From Candidatus Poribacteria bacterium (GTDB lineage Bacteria > Poribacteria > WGA-4E > PCPOR2b), in contig OZ242351.1 in NCBI GenBank assembly GCA_965208675.1, forward strand, positions 1,408,001-1,472,000: a stretch of DNA of 64,000 bases. The letters are read 5' to 3'. Made by a program: the position numbers and the translations under genes. The stretch's first letter is position 1; the number at the start of each line of letters is the position of its first letter. The notes beneath the pieces were generated by a model. The model saw nothing but the letters and a program-made list of their open reading frames with translations, was not told the origin of the DNA and made no database searches. Below, piece after piece: positions 20,247-30,733 of the stretch.

Positions 20247-20885
20247 TTACGGCGATATTCGTTCAATCCGCCAATCACCATTCGGTTGGCGGGTGTATCG
20301 AATGCGGTCGTGCAGCCGGTTCGGGCGGCCGCTCCAGAACTCAATCATGTTGGGTGACAAGCAGTAGCCACCCCAATTTGACGGCAGCGGGATTTCCTCG
20401 CCCTGATATTGTGCGGCTAACTGTTTGAATCGCTCTTCCAGTACGTTGCGGCTGGGGACGACGTGGCTCTGTCTTGAGGCTAACGCAGCCAACCGGCTTC
20501 CGACAGGCCGGTTCCGAAAATAATGGTTGGAGGTTTCACGAGAAACCTTGCTAACCCGTCCAGTGATACGCACCTGCCGATCCAGTCCACGCCAATGAAA
20601 AACGAGCGCTGCAGTCGGGTTTTCCGCGAGTTCCCTCCCTTTTTGGCTTCCGTAGTCCGTATAAAATACAAAGCCCCGCTCATCGCGGCCCCGAAGCAGC
20701 ACAGTCCTCGCTGAAGGTACACCGTCCTTCGTTGCCGTCGCAAGCGTCATCGCGTCTGGCAAATCAATTTTTGCGTCAATTGCCTCTTGAAACCACACCT
20801 CAAACTGATAAAAAGGATTCGCATCAATGTGTCGCTCGTCCAATCCGGCATCGGTATATTCCCTGCGAAGTTCAGACATGTTCAA
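20247..20885 (-). CDS. pdxH: Pyridoxine/pyridoxamine 5'-phosphate oxidase
   Basis: LRREY, PSARTVLL, GFVFYT, RQVRI.G, EFWSGR.NRLHDR. Confidence 0.95.
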   Translation of the reverse strand: MNMSELRREYTDAGLDERHIDANPFYQFEVWFQEAIDAKIDLPDAMTLATATKDGVPSARTVLLRGRDERGFVFYTDYGSQKGRELAENPTAALVFHWRGLDRQVRITGRVSKVSRETSNHYFRNRPVGSRLAALASRQSHVVPSRNVLEERFKQLAAQYQGEEIPLPSNWGGYCLSPNMIEFWSGRPNRLHDRIRYTRQPNGDWRIERISP

Positions 20886-20901
20886 GGAGATTTCCCTGCG
20901 G

Positions 20902-21681
20902 CTAACACTTTATGAAAACTAACAGATCAAACGCTTCGACCACCGGCGATGGCTCTATTTCATTTTCCGCAGCCGCTTTCATCTCAAGCAACCCCGCTTG
21001 AAACTCCTCATCGGAAATGAACTCAAACGTTGACATTGATTTCGACTTGATACGTTGGTAGTACGCTTTAAGACTGCCGTTCATTTGCTGCTCGATGCGT
21101 ACCAGATCAACCTTCTCAAAACCGTTGGCGGCGAAAGCCGCTTCAACCCAGTCAACACTCGGCAAATTGCGGTTATCTACTGCCCAAGCGCTAGGGAAGA
21201 ATTCGTGGTATTTAGCTCTAGCCATCCTACCCGTGAACCCATTTCGGATAAACACGAGACCGTCCGGTTTTAGCGCACGATGTAACTCCCCGCAGGCTAG
21301 AGCAATGTCATCAAAGTGGTGGATTGCCATTGACAGGAAAGCAAAATCGCACTGCTGTTCGTCTACGGGTATGCGTTCAGCCTTTCCCTTAATATACGAA
21401 ACCCTTTGGTCTGTATTACTTTCCTCCGCGATTGCCCGCATCTTGTCCGACGGTTCGACTCCAATGACGCATGCATGAAAGTACTTCGCCAAATGGGGTG
21501 CAAATCGGCCGGTTCCAGATCCAAGATCGAGAATGGTACCACCTTTCGGTTTAGGAAGATACTTCGCGATTGCCTCCATCCAGCGGCGGATTGTTTCATC
21601 TGAAAGCACACGCCCCCGCTGATAGTTCTTGTAAAGCTCCCGATCATAATCTACTTTTTCCATGCAGTTACCAAGGTTCAC
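20902..21681 (-). CDS. Class I SAM-dependent methyltransferase
   Basis: ILDLGSGTG, GVEPS..M, IHHF and LKPDG. Start overlaps the leuB stop (alternative ATG at 21663). Confidence 0.88.
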   Translation of the reverse strand: MNLGNCMEKVDYDRELYKNYQRGRVLSDETIRRWMEAIAKYLPKPKGGTILDLGSGTGRFAPHLAKYFHACVIGVEPSDKMRAIAEESNTDQRVSYIKGKAERIPVDEQQCDFAFLSMAIHHFDDIALACGELHRALKPDGLVFIRNGFTGRMARAKYHEFFPSAWAVDNRNLPSVDWVEAAFAANGFEKVDLVRIEQQMNGSLKAYYQRIKSKSMSTFEFISDEEFQAGLLEMKAAAENEIEPSPVVEAFDLLVFIKC

Positions 21682-22763
21682 GAGTCCTGTTGAATTTCCG
21701 CAATAATTGCATCTGTCATTTCGACAGTGCCAACCGTCTGCAACCCCGGCTGTTGGATATCGACAGTGCGGAATCCCTTGTCAATGGCACGGTCAACGGC
21801 GTTTTCAACCTCCACTGCCTCATTGTTGAGATTGAAAGTGTGACGAAGCAGCAGCGCCGCGCTTAGGATGGCGGCGATTGGATTGGCGATGCCATTTCCT
21901 GCGATGTCCGGCGCCGTGCCGTGGATTGGTTCATATAATCCCTGAATTGAATGGCCGTAGCTTGCCGAAGGACACATTCCCAGGGAACCCACCAAGGCGC
22001 CGGCTTCATCAGAGAGAATATCTCCGAAGATATTGCCAGTTACTATAACGTCAAATTGGCTCGGATTCTGAATGATGAAATATGCGCACGCATCAATTAG
22101 AATATGCTCCATTTCCACGTCAGGAAAATCCAGACTGACTTTAGCTGCGACCTCACGCCACAGCCTTGAACTTTCAAGCATGTTCTCTTTCGTCACGGAT
22201 GTCAGCTTTTTAGATCGCTTTCTCGCCAGCTCAAAACTTGCACGAACCACACGATCGACTTCTCTGGTCGTGTAAGACATGGTATTGAACCCGCGTTCGC
22301 CGTCAGCTTCCTTCACGAATCCTCTGGGTTCGCCGTAGTAGATGCCGCCAGCCAACTCGCGGATGACGACAAAATCTAGACCTTCACCGATAAGGTCTGC
22401 CTTAACAGGCAAAACGGGAGCAAGCGCTTTCCTACCCCGAATCGGGCGGAGGTTCACAAAGAGATCCAACTCCTTGCGAATGGCTGCAACCGCTCGTTCC
22501 GGGCGTTCTTCACTGGGCACATCATCCCAACTAGGCCCACCCGCGGCGCCAAACAAAATTGCATCGGACAACTTGCAAAGATCTATCGTTTCGGGCGGCA
22601 GAGCCGTCCCCACCTGATCAATAGCACAGCCGCCGATTAGGGCGTGTTCGTATTCAAAGCGATGTCCATATTTTTCTTGAATTGCGTTTAACACTCGAAC
22701 TGCTTCGGTGGTTACCTCTTGTCCGATTCCGTCTCCGGGCAACACACTAATTTTTGCGTCCAT
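21678..22763 (-). CDS. leuB: 3-isopropylmalate dehydrogenase family (long bacterial type)
   Basis: [47 protein letters not shown]. Confidence 0.85.
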   Translation of the reverse strand: MDAKISVLPGDGIGQEVTTEAVRVLNAIQEKYGHRFEYEHALIGGCAIDQVGTALPPETIDLCKLSDAILFGAAGGPSWDDVPSEERPERAVAAIRKELDLFVNLRPIRGRKALAPVLPVKADLIGEGLDFVVIRELAGGIYYGEPRGFVKEADGERGFNTMSYTTREVDRVVRASFELARKRSKKLTSVTKENMLESSRLWREVAAKVSLDFPDVEMEHILIDACAYFIIQNPSQFDVIVTGNIFGDILSDEAGALVGSLGMCPSASYGHSIQGLYEPIHGTAPDIAGNGIANPIAAILSAALLLRHTFNLNNEAVEVENAVDRAIDKGFRTVDIQQPGLQTVGTVEMTDAIIAEIQQDS

Positions 22764-22859
22764 TCATTTCTCCATCATCTATTGTTGATAAATTTTCAAT
22801 TGCTTGGATTTTTGGGTGGGTCTATTTATAAAATAGCTTTCGATTAGCACAAGCACTCA

Positions 22860-23975
22860 TTACATTTTAAGATAACTCAAGGCGGTCACAAGAATATAGG
22901 CAGCGATAAGGATAACGCCGAAGGGCCGCTTCAACCTGTCTCCCGATGCAAATATCCCAACCCGAAAAACGACCAAGATGAATAACATTAGCGGGAAAAG
23001 GAGTTTGAAAAAGTGCGGCGGTGCTTCCAATCCGCCGCTTGTCACTGCGGCAGCCGCGCCAGCGACAAAAAGAACGTTGAGGATATCGGCGCCGATGACG
23101 TTTCCAACGGCGAGTCCCCCGTGTCCCTTTCGCGCAGCGGTGACGGCGGTAACGAACTCGGGAAGCGAGGTGCCGAACGCCACCAATGTGGCGGCAATGA
23201 TGCTTTCGGGTACATTTACTCTTTCGGCGACAATCTTGACAGACGGTATCAGCACCGATGACGCGCAAACCACCAATATTATGCCGAACAATAATCTAAT
23301 GACGACCAGAAAGGTATTGGCAGGACTATCCTCGTGATGTTCTTCCGCTGCGCCGCCAGCATCGCGTGACCAGCGAATAGACTGCCACATGTACACAACG
23401 AGCAATACAAGAAAGACAAATCCCATGAACCGGGGAAGCCGACCGCCGGTGTCAAAAGTTTCATTCAATGAACCAAAAGGGAGACAGGCAATTACCAGCA
23501 GAAACCCTGCTCCTAATTGGATCCAACCTTGACGATTGACAATTTTTCTATTGAGAGGCAGCGGTGCAATCAGTGCCGCGGTGCCTAGAATGAGGCCGGT
23601 ATCGCAAATGATTGAACCAACGGCGTTGCCGAGCGCAATATCCGGATCGCCCTGAATAGCGGCGAATACGGAAACAGCAGCTTCAGGCGTTGTTGTTCCA
23701 AGGCTGACAATTGTCGCACCGATAAGCGTTTGCGGGACACCCCACCGCGTTGAAAGGGTGACGGCTTGCGCCACCAGCATATCTGCCCCTTTCCCAAGGA
23801 GATAAAGCGTGACTGCGATAATGACAAACAGCCAGACTGTGTGGAGATTTCCAATCTTGGATTCAATCCAACCGTCGATTCCGTGAGCCTCATGAGTTTC
23901 CGCAGGGTCCCCATGTGCGATTAGACTGAAGAAGAGGAGTACAAAGATTAAAGCACCGAATGATTTTCGTGTCAT
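22860..23975 (-). CDS. Ca2+/Na+ antiporter (YrbG-like, CaCA family)
   Basis: Two alpha repeats (GTTTPE and GTSLPE) with GNAVGS/GNVIGA. Confidence 0.9.
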   Translation of the reverse strand: MTRKSFGALIFVLLFFSLIAHGDPAETHEAHGIDGWIESKIGNLHTVWLFVIIAVTLYLLGKGADMLVAQAVTLSTRWGVPQTLIGATIVSLGTTTPEAAVSVFAAIQGDPDIALGNAVGSIICDTGLILGTAALIAPLPLNRKIVNRQGWIQLGAGFLLVIACLPFGSLNETFDTGGRLPRFMGFVFLVLLVVYMWQSIRWSRDAGGAAEEHHEDSPANTFLVVIRLLFGIILVVCASSVLIPSVKIVAERVNVPESIIAATLVAFGTSLPEFVTAVTAARKGHGGLAVGNVIGADILNVLFVAGAAAAVTSGGLEAPPHFFKLLFPLMLFILVVFRVGIFASGDRLKRPFGVILIAAYILVTALSYLKM

Positions 23976-23981
23976 ATTATG

Positions 23982-25460
23982 TCAGTTGGCAGTCTGAATA
24001 TAGTTAATTGCCCGATCCAACCTTTCAACCACTTTCTCCCTGCCGAGCAGGGCGATAATGTCAAACAATCCCGGACCGCCGGAAACGCCGGTGAGGGCGA
24101 TTCTTAACGGCTGCATCCCGCGAATTCGTTTGATTTCCTTTTCGTCAAGAAAATTCCACATTGCAGTTTCGATTTTTTCCATTTCAAACACTTCGATTGA
24201 CTTTAAGACCTCACGCAAACCCTGCAAAATTGCGGCAGGGTCGCCTTTCCACCACTTTTTGATTGCCCGCGGGTCATAGTCAAAGTTGTCCGTGAAGAAA
24301 TAGGCGTAATCGGCAATATCCGCCAAAGTTGTCATTCGATCCCCAACTGCCTCGACAATCTTCTCTAACCAAGACTGGCAATCTTTCGTTACGTCGGTTT
24401 CCAGCAACCCGCGCTTCCGCAGAAAAGGGTGAACCGCTTCAGTCCGCTCAACCAAGTCAAGCTTCATAATGTATGTTTTGTTCAGCCATTGGAGTTTGTT
24501 AATGTCGAAGACTCCCTCACTTCTCCCGATTCGCTCGATGTTGAATTTCTCAACGAGTTCGTCCAGAGAGAATATTTCCGATTTGTCGTCGTAAGACCAG
24601 CCCAATCGAACTAGGAAGTTTATCATTGCCTCCGGCAAATAACCATCCTCGCGGTATTTTCCCACAGCAACTAAATCTCCGTGGCGCCGTTTGCTGAGTT
24701 TTTCACCCTTGCTGCTACCGAGCACCAGCGGCAGGTGCGCAAAAACCGGTAATTCAAATCCGAGGGCGCGACAGATTAAGATTTGTTTCGGGGTATTGGA
24801 TAGGTGATCTTTACCGCGAATAACATGAGAAATCCCCATCTCGTGGTCATCAATTGCCGACGTGAAATTATACAGAGGATTACCGTTGGATTTGACAATA
24901 ATGAAGTCATCGAGAGTATCGGCTTCAAATGTAACATCGCCCTGAACTAAATCGCGCACGATTATTGCGCTGTCCGATATTTTTAGCCTAACTGTCGGTT
25001 TTCGACCACCTGCGTTTAGCCTGTTTCGCTCCTGCTCTGTCAAGTGTTTACATTTTCCAGCATAGTGAGGCTGCCGTCCATCAGCGAAGGCGTTTTCTCG
25101 CATCTGCTTCAACTCATCCGCGGTGCAGTAGCAATAATAAGCATCACCACTGTCAAGCAACTTATGTACGTATTCTTGATAGAGGTTGTGCCTTTCGGAT
25201 TGGATATACGGCCCACAAGCCCCGCCCGCAATGGGACCTTCGTCCCACGTGAGTCCCAGCCATTCTAACAACTCATAGATTGACCGCGTGGATTCGTCCG
25301 TGAATCTAGATTCGTCTGTATCGTCAATTCGGAGGATGAATTGTCCATCAAAATGCCTTGCAAAAAGCCAGTTAAATAGCGCAGTGCGCGCTCCCCCGAT
25401 GTGGAGGAATCCGGTTGGAGACGGCGCGAAGCGGACTCTAACTGTTTTATCCGATACCAT
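23982..25460 (-). CDS. gltX: Glutamate--tRNA ligase
   Basis: RFAPSPTG.LHIGG, CYC zinc motif, HVIRG.DH, KLSKR. Confidence 0.96.
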   Translation of the reverse strand: MVSDKTVRVRFAPSPTGFLHIGGARTALFNWLFARHFDGQFILRIDDTDESRFTDESTRSIYELLEWLGLTWDEGPIAGGACGPYIQSERHNLYQEYVHKLLDSGDAYYCYCTADELKQMRENAFADGRQPHYAGKCKHLTEQERNRLNAGGRKPTVRLKISDSAIIVRDLVQGDVTFEADTLDDFIIVKSNGNPLYNFTSAIDDHEMGISHVIRGKDHLSNTPKQILICRALGFELPVFAHLPLVLGSSKGEKLSKRRHGDLVAVGKYREDGYLPEAMINFLVRLGWSYDDKSEIFSLDELVEKFNIERIGRSEGVFDINKLQWLNKTYIMKLDLVERTEAVHPFLRKRGLLETDVTKDCQSWLEKIVEAVGDRMTTLADIADYAYFFTDNFDYDPRAIKKWWKGDPAAILQGLREVLKSIEVFEMEKIETAMWNFLDEKEIKRIRGMQPLRIALTGVSGGPGLFDIIALLGREKVVERLDRAINYIQTAN

Positions 25461-25542
25461 TCTAAATTTATCTCCGGTTTGAAATAAATCTTCGCATGAA
25501 GTACATGGAAGTTTGATACACTTTCGTGATGTGTGGTTATGT

Positions 25543-26385
25543 TTAGCTGAAAGCCATTTCGAGCGGATTAAGCGTCAACTCAGGTGTCAGGTAGCCTGCT
25601 GTAATCTCCGCTGAATGTTCAAAGATAAGCAACCAGTTTTCCTGCCACGCCTGCTTGAGCATCCGTTCCTTAGTCTCCATCGTAGTCATCGGAAACAGAT
25701 CGTATCCCATGACATAGTGAGTTTTTAGGTGCGACAGCGTGGGAACTAGATCGGCAAGAAAACAGGCAATTTTACCTTCAGACCGCACGACCACGACCTG
25801 ATGATTTTCCGTGTGGCCTGGCGCGGACTGCACTGACACGCCGGGCGCAATCTCTTGGTCATGTGACGTAAGCACCACCTGCCCGCGCTTCATGAGTGGC
25901 TCCCAAGTGTACGGGAGATAACTGGGTTTGCTACGCGGGTCCGGCTGCTCGGCGTATGCAAGTTCGTCCCGATTGATGTAATACACAGCGCTGGAGAATG
26001 TCGGTTTTAGTTCTCCGCTGCTATCCTTGAAACAGTTCCCGCCGGAGTGGTCGAAATGCATGTGTGTGAGAATGACTTTAGTAACATCCGCCGCTTTTAC
26101 ATCCACGCCTTCAAGGCATTTTACCAGATTGGTCTGTGACCTGTCCAATCCGTAAAGAGAGGCGAATTTATCGTTGTAAATGGACCCCATGCCAGTATCG
26201 ACCAAGATGGTGTCCGCCGCATCTCGGATTAGCAGGCAATTTAGCCCAAGTAGAATTCGATTTCGCGCGTCCGCCGGATTGTCTTTTTCCCATATCACTT
26301 TCGGGATGATGCCGAACATGGCGCCGCCATCCAAACGAAATGTGCCGGCGTTAATAACAGACAACTCAAATTCACCAAACTTCAT
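25543..26385 (-). CDS. MBL-fold metallo-hydrolase (YtnP-like)
   Basis: LDGGAMFG.IPK, THMHFDHSGG, PGHT, MGYDL.P. Confidence 0.9.
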   Translation of the reverse strand: MKFGEFELSVINAGTFRLDGGAMFGIIPKVIWEKDNPADARNRILLGLNCLLIRDAADTILVDTGMGSIYNDKFASLYGLDRSQTNLVKCLEGVDVKAADVTKVILTHMHFDHSGGNCFKDSSGELKPTFSSAVYYINRDELAYAEQPDPRSKPSYLPYTWEPLMKRGQVVLTSHDQEIAPGVSVQSAPGHTENHQVVVVRSEGKIACFLADLVPTLSHLKTHYVMGYDLFPMTTMETKERMLKQAWQENWLLIFEHSAEITAGYLTPELTLNPLEMAFS

Positions 26386-26469
26386 AACAAATTCTCAGAG
26401 GACAATTTCCAGTGCCAAATACGCCGGATACTTATCCATTTCCGACTAGTAACTCACGAATGTCTCGAC

Positions 26470-27669
26470 CTAAATCTGATGGATATCCAATTCCGTCAAG
26501 GGTACATAATATGGTTTCGGAAGATCACCGAAAATTGGGCGGAAATATCCGATGCCCGCGCGTGAAATCTGGAGGTTTTCCGTATCGTAAAACCGGAGAT
26601 CAATATTACGGGGGATGACCTTGCCGGCATCGTCAAATTTGATGATCTCATCTAAAGGAAATAACTTTGGTTGAAGCCCGACTTCGGTGCGGGTAATGGC
26701 CGCGACATGGTTGGCTTGGCCTTTGGCAAATGCATCTACCGCTAACCATCCCGCTCTGACGGCGGAATCCCGATCTATCTGTATCGGTGCCCCGCACCGC
26801 TGCAGATGTGCGAGGATGAGATGACGAAAGCTTGAAAACGGAATTGCGGGTGCAAGGCGCCTTTTCATGGCGGCTGCAATAAGTTCTGAACAGCCGCCCG
26901 GTGTGGTATGGCCAAATGCGTCAATTTCTTCCTGAGAACTAATCATCAATTCGCCCTTCCGGTTCCTAATCCCTTCGGCAATTACTACGATAACGCTGCC
27001 TTTCTCCGCATACTTTTTTTCGATTGCCGCGGCAAGCCGATCAGCGTCGTAACGCACTTCAGGAACAACAATCAGATCTGCGTTTCCATAAGCGGCTGAA
27101 AGCGTGAGCCAACCCGCGTCGCGCCCCATGGTTTCAACAAAGAAAATTCTGTCATGCGAATATGCAGTTGTGCGTAGATCGCGAACACAATTTATTAGGC
27201 GGCTGGCGGCTGTCGGGAAACCGAGGCAGAAGTAGTTGACAATCTGCGAATAATCGATAGAGTCGCCGTTGGGTGCATTAAGGCCGACATCGTTATCTAT
27301 GGTTTTTGCGACGAATGTCGTCGTGAAAATCTCCGACAGTGCGGCGCCAATGCTTAACGTATCATCGCCGCCTATTGGGATAAGTCCATCAATGCGAAAT
27401 TTTCGGAGATTGTCGATAGCCTCATCCATTTTGTTTTCGGCGATGAGGTTGGTACGCGAACTTTTGAGCAGCGTGCCGCCTTGATTTTCGTCAATTAAAT
27501 CGGGAGTGAGCGTAAAGTAAGAGCCGCCATTGAGAACACCGCGCCATCCCTTCATAAACCCGATTAATTCGAAACCGAGTTCTTCTGCCTTGAGCGCCAC
27601 GCCTTCAAGTGTAGCATTCAGCGCACTCGTATCTCCACCGCCAGTTAAAACACCAATGCGCTTAGCCAT
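26470..27669 (-). CDS. pfkA: 6-phosphofructokinase family, probably PPi-dependent
   Basis: TGGGD, GGDDT, KTIDND, MGR.AGW, HLQR.G. Confidence 0.88.
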   Translation of the reverse strand: MAKRIGVLTGGGDTSALNATLEGVALKAEELGFELIGFMKGWRGVLNGGSYFTLTPDLIDENQGGTLLKSSRTNLIAENKMDEAIDNLRKFRIDGLIPIGGDDTLSIGAALSEIFTTTFVAKTIDNDVGLNAPNGDSIDYSQIVNYFCLGFPTAASRLINCVRDLRTTAYSHDRIFFVETMGRDAGWLTLSAAYGNADLIVVPEVRYDADRLAAAIEKKYAEKGSVIVVIAEGIRNRKGELMISSQEEIDAFGHTTPGGCSELIAAAMKRRLAPAIPFSSFRHLILAHLQRCGAPIQIDRDSAVRAGWLAVDAFAKGQANHVAAITRTEVGLQPKLFPLDEIIKFDDAGKVIPRNIDLRFYDTENLQISRAGIGYFRPIFGDLPKPYYVPLTELDIHQI

Positions 27670-27712
27670 TTTAACTCCTTTACATGGTATATCCCAAACA
27701 CACGATACCCGC

Positions 27713-28207
27713 TTACCAGAAATACTGCTCTGCTTCCTCTCGTTTTACGTGGTAAACGCGGCTAATCTCGGCAATGCCGCCGAGACGGTACTTTTCGGGA
27801 GCGCTCGGATGGTTTGCCGGGATACAAACTTTGTAGGAATCGGCGAGTAGTTGATAATCGCCGCCCCAAGGCGTCTCGGGGAGGGATTCAAGCAAACTCG
27901 CCCGCCAACCCTCAATCCCCGGATCAGCGATAAGGTCGTCCAATGCCTTGGGGTATTCATTGGTATATCTGTGGTACTTTTGGATGGCGATCGAAATTTC
28001 TTCGACATGCCCGTCCGCTTGGCTGACTTTGCGGTATTGCAGCCACGGGGGCAGGGCGAGCGCCGCGATGAGCACTGTTATCCCGATTAAGATGAGCAAC
28101 TGAACGCGCGTCATTCCCGTTGCGTCAAATTTGTGAAAAGATTTAAAGGGATAGGAGTTGGCATTTTTGGCCGGATTCGGGATTTTAGCGTAGGTTTTTT
28201 TGGACAT
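27713..28207 (-). CDS. Type II secretion pseudopilin GspG-like protein
   Basis: Prepilin-like G/MTRVQLL plus hydrophobic helix; YP..L.DL..DPG...W...L...P.TPWGG.Y. Confidence 0.75.
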   Translation of the reverse strand: MSKKTYAKIPNPAKNANSYPFKSFHKFDATGMTRVQLLILIGITVLIAALALPPWLQYRKVSQADGHVEEISIAIQKYHRYTNEYPKALDDLIADPGIEGWRASLLESLPETPWGGDYQLLADSYKVCIPANHPSAPEKYRLGGIAEISRVYHVKREEAEQYFW

Positions 28208-28290
28208 ATGAACTTCTAGCGATTTACGACGGTATTACTTGCGCATCACGATTTGAAAAACTGTTTCTGAGAAATCCATTAAATTGATGC

Positions 28291-28716
28291 CTATCTCGAG
28301 ATGATTAGATAAACACCGCTACAAACGAGAATCATGCCGATGACGTATCGGAGTGTGAGCGGTTCACCAAGCAGCACTAAACCGGCTAAACTCGCCAACA
28401 CCAACCCTCCAAGCCGAATAACCGGCGCCCCCACGGAAATGGGCGCTCCTGCGCCGAACGTGGCGTATAACCCCAAGGTAACGGCGCTAAATGCCACGCC
28501 CACGCCCAAAGCCGCCAAGACACCTGATGTTTGAGCGTGTTGCGGCACACCGCGAGCCCACTGCCACGCAACCCAGACTATGCCTGTGAGGAATGTACAA
28601 CTCCCGTACAACAGCAACCCCAAGCTATTCGAAAGTCTGCCTGCTGCGAGTTTCACGAAAAAGTCAGCGCTCGCCAGCGCGAGAGCGGTGATGAGCGCAT
28701 AGTGGATCCAGCCCAT
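28291..28716 (-). CDS. EamA/DMT-superfamily small membrane transporter (single repeat)
   Basis: Five hydrophobic segments and LLGEPLT....G..L...GV. ATG at 28716 preferred over 28794. Confidence 0.8.
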   Translation of the reverse strand: MGWIHYALITALALASADFFVKLAAGRLSNSLGLLLYGSCTFLTGIVWVAWQWARGVPQHAQTSGVLAALGVGVAFSAVTLGLYATFGAGAPISVGAPVIRLGGLVLASLAGLVLLGEPLTLRYVIGMILVCSGVYLIISR

Positions 28717-28800
28717 GATTTGAGCGTATCTCCAGTTTTCTCGGTCTGCTCTAGTTTGGGTGCCGCATTGATTGAAAATTAGGTACCATAGCACCCAAAT

Positions 28801-29580
28801 TTACCATGCTCCGATACCGCCGAGCAGCAGCTTGCGTACTGCCGAACCTTCATCCCGCAATCGCGCCACACGAGGGCCGCCAAAGGGTTCGCGTGACTTC
28901 ATCCAAGCGTTTTGATAGCACATGAGACAGACGCGGCGTCTTTCCGATGATTTGTTCTCCGCACCCCGGTGCCAAGTCCATCCGTCAAACATCACCGCTT
29001 GACCGGGTTTGGCAAGCACATATTTCTCGTCAGGCAACTGCACACTTCCACCTGGCGGCCGAAAAGGCGCCCTGTTGCTCCCGGGCACGATAACGATTGG
29101 ACCGTTATCCATGGTGATTTCGTCAAGATAGTATCCGCAGTTGATATGGCCCGGCGGCTGGCTACCATACGGTGATAAAGCGGGCTCCATGGGCCACGGA
29201 TTGTCACGATGCCAATTCTGGTCGGGCGCACCGGGATCGGTCACTCTTCCGGTTGCACTGTGAAGTTGAACGCAACTCCCCAATAGCGCGCGCATGCGGT
29301 TGAAAACGGGCGGGTTATCAAGCAGAAAACTAAAACAATCGTCCTCTTCCAGAAGCTCGCCAATGAACTGATCTTGGCGGCGTTCAAAGCTTTCGTCCAG
29401 GGCTAGGCGCAACGACTCGACTTGTTCCATGGAGATTGCGTTTTCCACGATGAGGTAGCCCCAGTTCAGGAAAAAAGCAACATCGCGTTCCAGACTAGGA
29501 TCCGCGTCACGGTGGCTCTCGTGAATTTCCCACTGATCCGGGATAATTGAGCGATTATCTGCCAAAACACCATCCTCCAA
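28801..29580 (-). CDS. Phytanoyl-CoA dioxygenase (PhyH) family Fe(II)/2OG oxygenase
   Basis: WHRD, YLD....NGP..IVPGS, WHRG..N.S..RR. The true start may be slightly downstream. Confidence 0.9.
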   Translation of the reverse strand: MEDGVLADNRSIIPDQWEIHESHRDADPSLERDVAFFLNWGYLIVENAISMEQVESLRLALDESFERRQDQFIGELLEEDDCFSFLLDNPPVFNRMRALLGSCVQLHSATGRVTDPGAPDQNWHRDNPWPMEPALSPYGSQPPGHINCGYYLDEITMDNGPIVIVPGSNRAPFRPPGGSVQLPDEKYVLAKPGQAVMFDGWTWHRGAENKSSERRRVCLMCYQNAWMKSREPFGGPRVARLRDEGSAVRKLLLGGIGAW

Positions 29581-29693
29581 ATATTATGATTGAAGCGCTG
29601 AACCGCCGGTTCAAATGGCAACAAGGACTACTGGTTTCCGACGGGGCAACTGGGAAACTATTAGCGGATAGCCGTTCGATAAAATTGAACACC

Positions 29694-30647
29694 TCAACTC
29701 TGCCTGACCAGTTTCTGGAGCGAACGCAATTCTCTCGGAGGATTCATGCGGCTGCCGTAGTCGCTCCAGGACACCTCAGCGACGTAGATGTCTCCTTTAG
29801 AGTCGGCAGCAATGCCGTGGGGCGAATAAAACCTGCCCGGTTCGTCGCCGTAGGAGAGGTCGCCCACCCTTGCCAGAACGTTCCCTTTGAGGTCTAGGAC
29901 AGAGACTCGAGGTCCAAGGCGCTTTCCGGCAACGTTTGTCTGGATACCCCCATAGTATTCGCCGACGTAGACTAACTGGTCGCTCCGATGGTCTACATGA
30001 ATGCAGGCTGCCCTCGACAAGTTGACCCACTGCGCCTCATACTTCCCGTTGGAATCAAACACTTGGATTCGGTGGTTTTCGCGATCAGCAACGTACACCC
30101 AGCCCTCTTTGTCCGTCACGATGTTATGCACAATATTGAACTGACCCGGATCGGTACCGGACTCGCCCCAAGAAAACAATAGGCGTCCGTCGGGCGAAAA
30201 TTTGTGAACGCGCGCATTTGCGTAGCCGTCGGCTACATACAGTTCGCCGGTTTGGGAATCCACAGCGAGGTGCGTCGGTTCGTTGAAGGGGATGCCGCTC
30301 ATCGCCGGGGAGTGCTGGTTTTCAGCGCCGAGGGTCATCAGGAGTCTTCCGTCGGGTGTAAATTTTCGGACGGTATGATCGAAGTTGTCCACGCAATAAA
30401 CCGAATCGTCGGGCCCTATGGTGACACCGTGCGGATTAGTGAATATGCCATTGCCCCAGGTTCGCACCACATTTCCTTGGGAATCGAAGACTATCATCGG
30501 GTGCGTCCCCCGGTTAAACACATAGACGTTGTCCTTCGAGTCCACAGCGACAGCCGTGGCTTCTTTGTAGGTCCAATCCTCCGGCATATTACCCCAGTTT
30601 TTGCCTGAGACTTCGTACGTAAAACTCCCGCTACCCAAACTGACCAT
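29694..30647 (-). CDS. NHL-repeat protein, peptidyl-alpha-hydroxyglycine alpha-amidating lyase-like
   Basis: NHL repeats (VAVDS.DNVYV, PHG, YVADGY.NARVHKF, YVADRENHRIQVFD); RBS GGAGG. Confidence 0.88.
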   Translation of the reverse strand: MVSLGSGSFTYEVSGKNWGNMPEDWTYKEATAVAVDSKDNVYVFNRGTHPMIVFDSQGNVVRTWGNGIFTNPHGVTIGPDDSVYCVDNFDHTVRKFTPDGRLLMTLGAENQHSPAMSGIPFNEPTHLAVDSQTGELYVADGYANARVHKFSPDGRLLFSWGESGTDPGQFNIVHNIVTDKEGWVYVADRENHRIQVFDSNGKYEAQWVNLSRAACIHVDHRSDQLVYVGEYYGGIQTNVAGKRLGPRVSVLDLKGNVLARVGDLSYGDEPGRFYSPHGIAADSKGDIYVAEVSWSDYGSRMNPPRELRSLQKLVRQS

Positions 30648-30733
30648 ATGTTACCTCCGCGATGAAGAATGCTTCGATAATTTTACAGCGTGCCATCTAT
30701 TGTAATTCGTAAATTTGTGCGAGTCTAATAACC

